Of a DNA stretch of 64,000 nt, positions 28,386 to 40,144 are shown one piece after another. The stretch covers positions 1,287-65,286 of the forward strand of contig NW_021830456.1 of NCBI RefSeq assembly GCF_006345805.1. The letters are read 5' to 3'. The notes under the pieces are model-generated. The model searched no databases, had not been told where the DNA came from, and saw only the letters and a list, made by a program, of their open reading frames with translations. A program made the position numbers and the translations under genes. This DNA is from Octopus sinensis. Its lineage: Eukaryota. How positions within the stretch are numbered: position 1 is the first letter of the stretch; each line of letters starts with the position of its first letter.

Positions 28386-29594
28386 CATACATACATACAT
28401 ACATACATACATACATACATACATACATACATACATACATACATACAGATAAATAAAAACCCGTGTGAAACCTATATACATTCTACATATCTCCCACCAA
28501 GGTCTCTCTGCCTCTGCCTCTGTCCTCTCTCACTTTCTCTCCCTTCTTCTCTTTCTCTTTCTTCTCTTTCTCTCTCTTCCACATATCTTATTCAGTTAAT
28601 GGCTATAGTTCTTCGGGTGTTGTCTTGTTATGGCACCACAAGAAATTTGAAACTACAAGAATACCACCCGTAATTGTCCTCGGGGGTATTGGTACTTGGA
28701 ACAGAATAAATACCACAAGGCATTTTCTTCGAGCTCTCTAAAACTTCTGCAAATTTGCCTCTCATTTTCGTTTCTTCAACCTCTTACAAACCTTTACTTA
28801 ATCTGTCGCACTGCTAGAAATAGAAGTCAAATCGTCTTCATATCATACTCGAATGTTTGGATACAGGATAAAGAATTGAATAACATTATCCGGAATCCAC
28901 TTTGTCTGGAAAACAAATATGATCAAGTGGTCACGGTTGGATTCTGTTTTATCCTGAGACTGCTGAATCAGAGCTGCGGTTTGACTAAAAACGATCACCA
29001 CCAAGAGCACCGCCTAAACCGCCGCCACCGGCACCACCCCAACCACCACCACCACCAACACCACCACCACCAGCAACAACAATAACAAAATATGATTTGC
29101 TCTTTCTCATCTAACTGAAGCTGATCGACTTGCAATAAATTAAGACACAAATGCCCTTCATACGACACGCTATGGGGGTTAGCAAATCGATGCACGAAGC
29201 CCATGAAAATGAAGATACATCTTAAGGTGTAATATTCCTGAAATAGTAGAGGGCATGGCTACGGGTGGATTACATCTGGTCACGGAGCTGCTCCGTTACG
29301 GTCTTCCCATGGAGTAAAAAAAAAACATATATCTAAGCATGTCTAAAAACGAAGAAATGTATATTTTACCGATTCCTTCACAGTTCTGCAAGGAAATTTG
29401 TTCCTTTTAGTAGAACGATATAGTAGAATGCGCATTGTTTTTTTTTTGGTTCTTTTTTTTCGGGGGGTGGGGATCGTAGTTTCGCGTTTTAAAGTCATTT
29501 GCCGAATAATTACATATGTGCATGTATGTATGTGTTTAAGTTTGTAAGCATGTATCCATGTATGTGTGTATGTATATGTATGTGTGTGTGTATG

Positions 29595-29626
<32 letters not shown>

Positions 29627-29825
29627 ATATGTATATATATGTGTAATATATATATATATATATAATATATATATATATATATGTATATATATGTATATAT
29701 ATATACACACATACACACACACATATATGTATATGATATAAACATATATATGTTTGTCTGGTTACGCACATGCTCGTGTACTTATACACAAATATATATA
29801 CTGATTATACATATATATATATATA

Positions 29826-29860
<35 letters not shown>

Positions 29861-30478
29861 TCCCTCAACTCATTACAATGTCGTTGCTTATACGCTTATA
29901 TAGCAACACCCTTTAATATATGCCAAAGTTTACTTTGAAGTTAAAATTTTTTTTTTAGTTTGTTCTATATTCTGCATGAAATAAAATGAAATTTAAAAGA
30001 GGAACAGATATCATGAAACAAATACAAAAACATAAAACAATAATGATACAAAATAAATATACAAAAAAAATAATGGAACTAACGAGAAATCCAGTGAGAT
30101 AAGAATGATTTGGAAAGAGAATAAAATATAATGCGAATTACAAAAAAAATTATAACGAAAACAAAGTAATCTGCTGATGTAGGAAGAAATGGAACGGTTA
30201 AAATGGAATTTGTTTGGCATTCTATCGAAGAGTATTACTCCAAGACACAGTGGTATGCACCAAAATGCTTATAGATTATTGTATAGCGGAAGGTGATTTA
30301 GGAAACTACAAAGACTTATATTCAGAGATTAAAGGATTCCAGGTTGCAGCATATTTTGAAACGAACCATGTCTATTTTTAAAACATGAATGCTCGCACGC
30401 ATGCATATATATTATATTACATACTTATGTGTATATGTACATATGTAAAAGCACACACTGTATGCGTACTGTTACATA

Positions 30479-30527
<49 letters not shown>

Positions 30528-30639
30528 ACACACACACACAGGTATACGTCCGTGTGCACCATATACGCGTACATACATATACATGTATATAGTTAGATAA
30601 ATACATTAGTGCACATAACTTTGTGTGCACGCGTCGATG

Positions 30640-30699
<60 letters not shown>

Positions 30700-30701
<2 letters not shown>

Positions 30702-30723
30702 GATAGATAGATAGATAGATAGA

Positions 30724-30797
<74 letters not shown>

Positions 30798-30845
30798 GAG
30801 ATAGACTGACTGAATGATTGAATGATCGATTGATAGGTAGATAGA
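30700..30845 (+). repeat. (GATA)n microsatellite
   Basis: Direct reading. Confidence 0.95.
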
Positions 30846-31289
30846 TATTTACCGTGATCGTCGCGTAACCATAAGTATGCAGGCTTACATAGACACACAC
30901 AAGCACATATACATACCTATGTATATATATATATATATATATACATATATATATGCGTATGCATATATATATATATATATGCGTATATATATGTATACTC
31001 ATACACACATACATACATACATACATACATATATACATACATACATGAATATATACATACATGCATGCATACATACATGTATACATACATACATACATAC
31101 ATAAATACATATGTAGGACATAACCATACCACACACACTTCCATTATATCATGAATTAGATGTTAGCTTCCGTCCCTTCTTTCATTCTTTTATTTTTGCA
31201 TCGCAAACCCAAATAATAGCAACCATCTTTTGATGAAAAATATCTCGCTAACTCTAATTATGGGATGTCCTGTGGAATCATAAATGCAT

Positions 31290-31735
31290 TTTTGCTTTAG
31301 ATTACCTGCGTTTTATGTCGTTTTGATTCTTCTGTTTGGTGGATATTTTTTATTTTGTCGATGAGAGTGGTGGTTATTAAGTTCATGTCGACAGCATATC
31401 TAAAGTCTGTTGGGTGAAACGGGCATGAAAGAGAATCAGAACTTTGAAGCTTGTGCGTTCTTTTATTACAAAACGCAGGAAGATTTTTGTAATGTGTGGG
31501 AAATAGCATACAACCTTGTTGCACTCCAATGACTGATTCAGACAACTCTCCCATCTGACAAACCATGGACGCTGCACAGCTAACATCATCTTCGATACGC
31601 TTTTCCCTACAAATACGATTGAAGGCAGCTTTAAAGTTGACGAAGTTCAATTGTAAGTGTACCAGATATTCACTTGCTTTTTCAATTATCTGACTTTTAG
31701 AATAACATATACATGTTTCTTCGAAAAGAGAATTG
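31290..31735 (-). mobile_element. RTE-like LINE reverse transcriptase fragment, degenerate
   Basis: QIIEKASEY..LQLNFVNFKAAFNRI, GVQQGCMLFP and DFRYAVD are decayed RT motifs (FVDFKAAFD, GVRQGC.LSP, YADD). Confidence 0.82.
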
Positions 31736-31898
31736 GAGAAACACATTTGAAAGAAAAGCTATTCATATAACGCACATCCTTAGAGACAGAAATAGCCCAA
31801 TCGTAGCTACGTAATAATTAAGAGCCTTGTAGTTCGCTGGAAGCGTTGTCGTATTGAAGAAGGAAACGAAATGGGAAAATAAGAAAGCTTTTAACAAT

Positions 31899-32118
31899 AC
31901 TCTTTTACTTGTTCCAGTCATTTGACTTCGGCCATGCTGGAGCATCGCCTTTAGTCGAGCAAATCGACCCCAGGAATTATTCTTTGTAAGCCTAGTACTT
32001 ATTCCATCGGTCTTTCTTGCCGAACCGCTAAGTTACGGGGACGTAGACACGCCAGTATCAATTGTCAATCGATGTTGGGGGGACAAACACACACACACAC
32101 ACACAAACACCATATATA

Positions 32119-32185
<67 letters not shown>

Positions 32186-32352
32186 GCATATATACGACGG
32201 GTTTCTTTCTGTTTCCGCCTACCAAATACACTCACAAGGCTTTGGTCGGCCCGATGCTATAGTAGAAGACATTTGTCCAAGGTGCCACTGCGGGATTGAA
32301 CCCGGAAACATGTGGTAGATAAGCAAGCTACTTACCACATAGCCACTCCTGC
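31899..32352 (-). mobile_element. SINE family A, full-length
   Basis: Reverse complement of 24042-24445 including the internal microsatellite. Confidence 0.95.
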
Positions 32353-33409
32353 AGAAATTCCTACAAAGACGTATATTTTAAGCACAAAAGTCCATCCTCA
32401 GAAGGAAGGAGTCTAGAAATTTCCAGTTACACCGATTGCGCTACCTTAAACTCCTCAGCGTTATATTAGCAGCAATAACAGCCACTCTCCAACTGTTGGT
32501 GTAAACACACTTTCAACTGCTAGTGTAGGCAAATCACTGACTGATAGTTGATAGCAACAGCTGAGAATGACAGCTCCTTTTAAATATGGAAATATTTATA
32601 AGAGATATTGAATATCAAGTGTCGAAGTGATCGCGGTGCAAAGTGAGATGAACTGTTTTGCTCGAGAACATAAAGCTCCACTGGTCAGGAATTGAAACCG
32701 TGATCTCAATATCATGACTGCAATACCCTAACTACTGAATCATGCACCCTCACGGAGACAATAAACAAGAAAGAGCATAATGCATACACATTAGTTATTT
32801 AGTTATTTAATCAAATACTAAAACAAACATCTGATTAAAATTGCTCTAGACGCCAAAGTTTCGCTGGTCTAATACTTTTTGTTACAAGAGAAAAGGAGAA
32901 CAATTATCCTGCAATATGTTCGATAACCGTAGTAGATTCGAAGAATATAAATTCCGAAGGATGAGACAGAACGTGGTGCTGTTTTCTGATGATTGACGGA
33001 AAGAAACAATCAACAATTACATCAAGTAGCTTATTTGATTTCTCACCTAATAATTATCTCATAATTGCTAACAATACACAGCGATCAATACCTGATCGAA
33101 GTGGTTCAATATTGTTCGATTTGTGTTATATAATACATACAATGCTTTATCATTTCTTTATACGTTAATGGTTTACTGCGTGAGTGTTTGATAAAGCAGC
33201 GAAATAGTCTGAGTAGAACAATCCAAATATGAACGCAGCACAATCCAAATATCGTACTCGTATATATTTAAATATATACGAGTATAATCGAAGTTGTACC
33301 AGTAGATACCAAGGTGGATTTTGAATTTAATGTAATTACCCACAGTCACCCGCACATGTGTATGTATATATACATATATGTGTGTGGGGGGGTGTAATAT
33401 TTGTCTCCC

Positions 33410-33600
33410 AATTTGTTAGAAGGCCTGTAGTTTTTGTTGTGTGGTGGGGTAAGTCAATGATATCGACCGCAGGGCTAAGCTGGTACTTAGTTTTATCAAC
33501 ACCGAAAGGATGAAAGACAAAGTCGACCTCAGCAGAATTTGATCTCAGAACGTAAGGACGGACGAAATACTGCTAAGCATTTCCCCTGCAAGCTCCCCGC
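33410..33600 (-). mobile_element. SINE family B monomer
   Basis: ggtacttagttttatcaacaccgaaaggatgaaagacaaagtcgacctcagcagaatttg. Confidence 0.85.
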
Positions 33601-33631
33601 CCCACATGAGTGTAATATTAGTAGATACTCA

Positions 33632-33720
33632 AGGTAGCGGGCTGGCAGAAACATTAGTACGCCGGGCGAAATGCATAGCGATATCTTGTCTGTCTTTACG
33701 TTCTGAGTTCAAATTCCGCT
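33632..33720 (+). mobile_element. SINE family B head only
   Basis: gctggcagaaacattagtacgccgggcgaaatgc...ttacgttctgagttcaaattccgc. Confidence 0.85.
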
Positions 33721-34299
33721 AGTATTTGAACTAGTAAGTGAGAAACACATGCCAGTACACTGATAATCAACTGAGTGTGTTTGTATGTATGTGTGTATGT
33801 GCGTATGTGTGTGTCTGTGTCTCTGTGTGTGCACGCGCATGCTAAAAATGTTACTAAAAGTTTTCACACAGATCCCTGCTTCTACAGCTTCTGACTATCT
33901 CTTTCACAAATAGCTTGCTACCTCTTTCACTAATAGCCACAACGGCTACTGCCGCTGCTGCTTCTGCTTCTGCTTCAATACTACTACTACTACTACTACT
34001 ACTACTACAACCCTGTACCAGTTAGAAGAACCCAAATCAGCAATACTATGTGTGTCTTTACGAAACATATATGACCTTGTAGAGCTGATATTCGGAAATA
34101 TTAATTTTACTTGATTTAAATCGATGTATTTTCCTGTTATTTCTGCATAAATAGCTGTCTTTTCATAACGTCTGAAACCGGTAGCTTATTTAAATAAAAA
34201 TATACATGATTCCTTACACTTGCTTTTCCACGATAAAATTCGCTTAGAATTTTCTTTTAATTTTAATGACACAAAGATAGGTAGAGCAACGTCAGTATC

Positions 34300-34700
34300 T
34301 GAACGTCTTGGTAAACGAGGAGATTGAAGACCATCAGCAAGAAAGTATGAGCTGCAGTTATACTCGTCTATTGTTATACAAACAGCCATCTACATCTATA
34401 AAAACCTAAAGGAAGACAACGAAGATGTCTTATTTGCTGGACATGTTTCATTGGTGCTGTCTGAGAATCTCTTACTAGGAGAGCGTGAGAAATGAAGAGT
34501 CGATAATAAAAACTGTCAAGGGAAGTTTGCAGGACGCGGTGACTAAAGGGCGGATATGGTTTACTGTTTGTGTACTTCGATTACTGCATGAGAGACATGC
34601 TACCATCATGGTGAAGAAGACCATGGAAGACATGGCGTACAACGTCGCGGAACGCGAAATTATTTCCCACGAGAGTTCCGGACAGCAGTAATAATTCCAT
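34300..34700 (+). mobile_element. RTE-like LINE 3' ORF fragment, frameshifted
   Basis: QLYSSIVIQTAIY / LDMFHWCCLRISY*ESVRNEE / RPWKTWRTT match the post-RT RTE motifs (KL.LY..IV.P...Y..E.W, LD.F...CLR.I...W...V.NEE, GRP.KTW). Confidence 0.7.
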
Positions 34701-35367
34701 TTGCATACAGCCAATCAGAGCTCACCTTGATCTTGTCAAGTTAACAAACACATTCTAGCAAGTAAATGGAAGACGAAGAACGGTGTTGTAAGTCGACTGA
34801 TCGCCAAGTTATGCCTGATTTTAGAAGGAGACAAGTAATGAGATAGATTTGCATCTATACCTATTATCGTATATTGTTAGGGGCCCATATGGTAAACATA
34901 TGGATGGAAAAAATATGGGTTGAGGATACTGTTTTACAAAGTAAACAACAACACAAATAACTACGCTGAGACAGCCATGGTGGAACCAATAACAAAAACA
35001 ACAAGCATTATTAAAACAGAAAAGAAACATTCCTTATCCAAGTGACCTTATCTTATCCCCCATCATTTATTATGCGCTCATGAATTAGTTTGATAGTTGA
35101 ACTCTGATAGGCTGTATGCAAATGAGTTCATAACTGAGGCCCGGAACGCTTGAAGGAAAAAAATTTCGCGGTGCTGCATGATAGCGATGGGAGCTGGCCT
35201 GAGTAGAGTTAATAGGAAAGCGAAGAAACAAGATGCTTGGGAAGGGCCTGCTACCCGTCGTGGCGACAACACTGGAAGATCTAAGAGCTAAGAGCTAAGA
35301 TGTGTGTGTGTGTGTGAATGTATGTATATTTACACATATATACACATATATATGTAAGTATTTGGAA

Positions 35368-35746
35368 GCACTCCGTCGGTTACGACGAAGAGGGTTCCGG
35401 TTGATCCGATCAACGGAACAGCCTGCTCGTGAAATTAACGTGCAAGTGGCTGAGCACTCCACAGACACGTGTACCCTTAACGTAGTTCTCGGGGATATTC
35501 AGCGTGACACAGAGAGTGACAAGGCCGGCCCTTTGAAATACAGGTACAACAGAAACAGGAATTAAGAGTGAGAGAAAGTTGTGGTGAAAGAGTACAGCAG
35601 GGATCACCACCGTCCCCTGCCGGAGCCTCGTGGAGCTTTAGGTGTTTTCGCTCAATAAACACTCACAACGCCCGGTCTGGGAATCGAAACCGCGATCCTA
35701 TGACCGCGAGTCCGCTGCCCTAACCACTGGGCCATTGCGCCTCCAC
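35368..35746 (-). mobile_element. SINE family C, full-length with target-site duplication
   Basis: Head GGAGGCGCAATGGCCCAGTGGTTAGGGCAGCGGACTCGCGG...GGTTTCGATTCCC (A and B boxes); TSD atgtaagtat at 35352-35361 and 35747-35756. Confidence 0.95.
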
Positions 35747-36030
35747 ATGTAAGTATCTATAGTGAATGTCAATGTGTATGTATATGAAATTGGTCTGTTT
35801 ATATTTATGTGTGTATATTCGTATGCTGCTATTGTTATGCAAATGCACATGTGTCTAGGCATCACTGTCGTCTCTAGCTGTGTCGATGAACTTTCTGTTT
35901 GCGAATCGTGTCACACAGTGCACCTTTTAGAGCCCTACAGACGAACACACACAAAAGCATACCTGACAGTTTATCGATAAGTTCTGGCTAATCCATGCAA
36001 AATTATTAAATATTGCTTCGTTTATTTAAT

Positions 36031-36421
36031 TACTAGCAGTATCGCCCGGCGTTGCTCAGGTTTGTAAGGGAAATAACTATAAAGCATTTTTAGAGAGTTA
36101 TAGCCCAAAAATAGCAAAAAAATGGAAAAAAAATTATGGTAAATTTTTTTTGAGAGTTAAAAAAGGTCGAGTTGCGTCCCCTAGTCAGTCTGTGGTTTGT
36201 GTTTCTGATTCTCGACCCCATGTCGAATTTATCGATTTTTTTCAGAACTGGGGGAACTTTTCAAAATTTTCGCTGCCTTAGTTTTGAATTATGACATTGG
36301 GCTATGTGTGTGTCAAGTTTCATCAGAATCGGTTGAAAGCAGTGGTCAGGGTGAGGGTACAACCCGACAGACACACAGAAACACACACAGACAAACTGCC
36401 GTTTATATATAGAGAGAAGAT
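36031..36421 (+). mobile_element. Non-autonomous Helitron/Helentron-like element
   Basis: 5' tACTAGCagtatcgcccggcgttgctc, internal aagtttcatcagaatcgg, subterminal ACAG/AC repeat and 3' tttatatatagagagaagat. This architecture is typical of short rolling-circle derivatives; no TSD. Confidence 0.65.
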
Positions 36422-36660
36422 TTCTAAAATTCATTTCAATTTCTACTCGCATATACGCGCAAAATTAATCATACACATACGTTTAAAATACATGTACACG
36501 CATACATATAAACACAATGATTTATACATAAAAGAACGTACGGATATACACGTTCACAACCTTTAACAAAGAATTTACTATAGTGCAAATATATATTAAA
36601 TTGCTTGCGTACAAACATTATATAATGTTTTAGCGATGCATTTCTGTACAAAAATATATT

Positions 36661-37057
36661 CTTTTCTACTCTAGGAACAAGGTCCGAAGTTTTGGGGAAC
36701 GGAGCCAGTCGTTTAAATCGACCTCAGTACGCAACTGGTACTTAATTTATCGACCCTGAAAGGATGAAAGGCAAAGTCGACCTCGGCGGAATTTAAACTC
36801 AGAACATAAGACAGATGAAATGCCTATTTCTTTACTACCCACAAGGGGCTAAACACAGAGAGGACAAACAAGGACAGACAAAGGGATTAAGCCGATTACA
36901 TCGACCCCAGTGCGTAACTGATACTTAATTTATCGACACTGAAAGGATGAAAGGCAAAGTCGACCGCGGCGGAATTTGAACTCTGAATACAAAGACAGAC
37001 GAAATACCACTAAGCATTTCGCCCGACGTGCTAACGTTTCTGCCAGCTCGCCGCCTT
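36661..37057 (-). mobile_element. SINE family B, complete dimeric form
   Basis: Two copies of the core joined by the ctacccacaaggggctaaacacagagagg linker; intact head ctgccagctcgccgcc. Confidence 0.95.
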
Positions 37058-37270
37058 GTACAAAAATATATTCACTATCGCACATATTGTGTTCAAGACA
37101 GGCTCAGGTATGGGGTATTCACCGTTGCAGTGTATCGTTGCTTCCACCATTTGTCATTATCGGATCGGATTATCTCGTGCAATCCTCCGATCAGTATTTT
37201 GACTGTGCTTATCACCATGAAATAATTTCTGATCTACTATCATCAGGAAGCATGTAACTGACCAACACGA

Positions 37271-37408
37271 GCAAAAGAGCAAAAGAGACCGAGAGAATAA
37301 GTACCAGGCTTACAAAGAATAAGCCATGGGCTCGATTTGCTCGACTAAAGGCGGTGCTCCAGCATGGCCGCAGTCAAATGACTGAAACAAGTAAAAGAGT
37401 AAAAAAGA

Positions 37409-37410
<2 letters not shown>
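37271..37410 (+). mobile_element. SINE family A tail fragment
   Basis: gcaaaagagaccgagagaataagtacc...ggcggtgctccagcatggccgcagtcaaatgactgaaacaagtaaaagag. Confidence 0.9.
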
Positions 37411-37450
<40 letters not shown>

Positions 37451-38044
37451 CCTTCGGTATGCGGCGAAGCAACCTGTTGCCTGTCCTTTTAATTATATTT
37501 ACTATATACTGAACTCTACAGAAGTTCCTGACGATAAAAGTCATATTTACATACCGAAATTTACCGGTAAATAAATTTTGGTTGTACAAAAAACCACGGA
37601 AAAATTATTTACCCTTTTATTGCATTACCATGTGGATTTCTTACCCCATTGCGATCACCCAGGTGGCGCGCATAGCAGAATTTTGGAGGGAAAATTTACG
37701 GTCTCAGTCATTTACTTAGTTTTAACATCTGCACACCTCCCCCCACTATCTGATGTCGCTTGGTCAGAGGTGAAGGCTGGTGGCATTTGATAAATCTATC
37801 GAATATGATGTTGACGAAGGAAATTAGGCGATTTTTAGCCTACAATCTAGAAACATGTTCATCATTAACGGTAAGAGATTGTTTTCGTTTATTTACTACT
37901 CCGATTTTGCATATGTGAATCGCAGGGTTTGTCGTATATGGAACCTCCACTTGTAGAAAATGGAAAAAAAAATTATCTTTGACTGCCATTACTAATTCCT
38001 TCGGTATGCGGCGAAGCAACCTGTTGCTTGCCCTTTTAATTATG

Positions 38045-38075
<31 letters not shown>

Positions 38076-38266
38076 GACAAGGTAGAAAATGCTAAAATAA
38101 TTTTATTATAAAGAACTTTGTAGTGCCGGTTCCAGGTTTTGAGACATTTTCAATTTAGAGTAAAACGTAGAAAACAATTAAATTTTAGAAAAATGCTTTA
38201 AAAAATATATTTTCATAGTTTTCAAATACAAGGGACCTTTGCTTTTTCTCTGCCTGTCTCTCTCTC

Positions 38267-38323
<57 letters not shown>

Positions 38324-38717
38324 GGTCTGTTTCTTTTACTCTTGTGAAGGTTATATGTATTTATATATTACTCTTCTATGAGATGGTAAGATCAACGAAA
38401 GAAGTATTCCATCTTATGGTGAGAGAAATATTATTTAATAAACACAGTACATGTTTTTATCTGCTGGTATTAGTTTCAAGTGCTTGAGAACATGCTAAAC
38501 AATGTTTCATAACACGTCTGACATCTCGGCACAGACCTCAGGCACAGCCTACATGGTATAACATGTTCGTCATGCCATGTGACCTGTACCTCATGATTGT
38601 GTCTATATGTCAGCCATCATTGTTCAGCATGTTCTCTGCACATGAAACTAATACTAGCAAAGAAAGACATGTATTCTGTTTATTAAATAATATATTTAAT
38701 ATATTCATATACATTTA

Positions 38718-38765
<48 letters not shown>

Positions 38766-38771
38766 CAGACG

Positions 38772-39545
38772 CTCATATTGAATTGAATTAGCTTTAGCGC
38801 ACGAGCTGTGGCCATGCTGGGGCACCGCCATTTGGTGTTGCTACATAATTTTCACTTCAGTAGTACTTTTGCGAACTTGAAATTTGGTGCACGACGGAGT
38901 TTGGCGCTGCTACCTTCCTTTGCACTTCCTGCTGTGAAGTTTTTTCATCTGGGACTCTTGACAGTAAGGGAGCTGGTTTCATTTTAAAGACACATCCACT
39001 CCTTTGAGGTCTCTCAGGTACTTAAGGAGTATATCGATGTGCTGTGGGCCTTTAAAGCCCATGCTGTTGCAATATCTTGTCCTATAGTTTGACGGCAAAT
39101 TTGGAGTCTATGTTCTAGGTTTAGTGTAACTCTTAATGCCAAAGTTATCAACTAGTCTCTCCAGGATCTTCCAGATGTATATTACGGCATAGCTTCCCCG
39201 CCTACGTTCCAGGGAATTGAGTCTCAATCTCTTAAGTCATTCTGCGTAGCTTATATGCTGCATAGGGCTCTATCTTCTTCGTCAAGATTCCTTGGATTGC
39301 CTCAAGATCTGCATTTAATTTTACACTGGTTGGTGACCAAAGGTGGGAACAATAGTCAAAACGGCTGAGGTCAAGTGTCATCCAGAGGACCATCATGGTT
39401 TCCTGATCTCTCGTTTCAAAAGTTCTAAGAACCCATACGGTCAGCAGCCTGCATTTCATTGCCAACTTAACAACATGGAAGGATGCATCATTACTCATGT
39501 AAATGCCTAGGTCGCCCTGGGATTGCAATCCTTCCAGGTCCAGTG
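38772..39545 (-). mobile_element. CR1/L2-group LINE, 5'-truncated 3' end
   Basis: GDLGIYMSND..WVLRTFETRD..FDYCSHLWSP..LEAIQ..LKRLRLNSLERRR..IYIWKILE, then a 3' UTR ending ggcggtgccccagcatggccacag plus a short (AATTC) repeat. Confidence 0.9.
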
Positions 39546-39599
39546 TGTTTTTAATTGGTGTTGCATTCCGTTTTGCATACTGATAACGTAAGGGTTATA

Positions 39600-39828
39600 A
39601 CTTTTCAGCATATATATATATATATATATATATATGTAAAAAAATACAAACTGGGACAGGAACGCAAAACATTTAGAAGACGATACAAAAACACGGACGG
39701 GACATTCGAAGCCTTCAATCTTCAGTCAAGAACCAAATCATTCTCGCAATTTCGGCTGATTAATCTGGAGATTGCTCCGATCTGGCCAGCCCCAAGGAAA
39801 ATCTAAGCCAAGCGCATTAGATTCCTTC

Positions 39829-39830
<2 letters not shown>
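39600..39830 (-). mobile_element. Short repeat family (second copy at 45915-46150), probably Penelope-like
   Basis: cagtcaag.acc...atttcgg...gatctgg...ctaa..aag.gcattaga shared with 46015-46140; both copies flanked by (TA)n; CTGANGA...GAAT remnant on the minus strand. Confidence 0.5.
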
Positions 39831-39859
<29 letters not shown>

Positions 39860-39869
39860 TATATATATA

Positions 39870-40100
39870 TAACGGGAAGCTTTATGAAAATAGACAAAAG
39901 ACGAAGGCAGGTGGAAAACAAACGAACAATTGTATTAGTATGGCGCTCAGGAAATATAAATAAAACAAGTCTTTAACGTTTCGAGCCTACGCTCTTCAAC
40001 AGAAAGATACACAGAGAGAAAAAAAACCACACAGAAACAAGGAGAGAAAAAAAATGCGTGCAGTAGCTAACGAATCAACATGGCGATCTGATTTCGGCCA
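39870..40100 (-). mobile_element. Penelope-like pseudo-LTR remnant carrying a hammerhead-like motif
   Basis: Related copies at 415-539 and about 54020-54180; CTG.TGAAG..CGAAACG signature; adjacent to (TA)n. Confidence 0.65.
39970..40007 (-). ncRNA. Minimal type-I hammerhead-ribozyme-like motif (A6U core variant)
   Basis: UCUUU-CUGUUGA-A-GAGC(GUAG)GCUC-GAAAC-GUU-AAAGA: 5-bp stem I, 4-bp stem II, palindromic AACGUU stem III. Confidence 0.6.
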
Positions 40101-40144
40101 GAGGTCAAAGATCAAACATGAGACGCGAGAGCGAAATAAGGGGA

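Noticed and set aside
28696-28995. 100-codon open frame EQNKYHKAF...
   Set aside because: Pyrimidine-rich and Ser/Leu/Phe-biased with no motifs or clear splice signals; begins in degenerate repeat sequence
30200-30380. Frame ...MLIDYCIAEGDLGNYKDLYSEIKGFQVAAYFETNHVYF*
   Set aside because: Under 60 codons, no acceptable acceptor, no recognised motif
32980-33020. CTGATGA...GAAAC hammerhead candidate
   Set aside because: Stems I, II and III cannot be paired convincingly
35420-35462. Resemblance of the family C tail to pistol or HDV-like ribozymes
   Set aside because: Only superficial; the required P2/P3 pairings and catalytic junction are not found
35660-35746. tRNA genes at SINE heads (families A, B, C)
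   Set aside because: A and B boxes are present but there is no complete cloverleaf, and each continues into a SINE body
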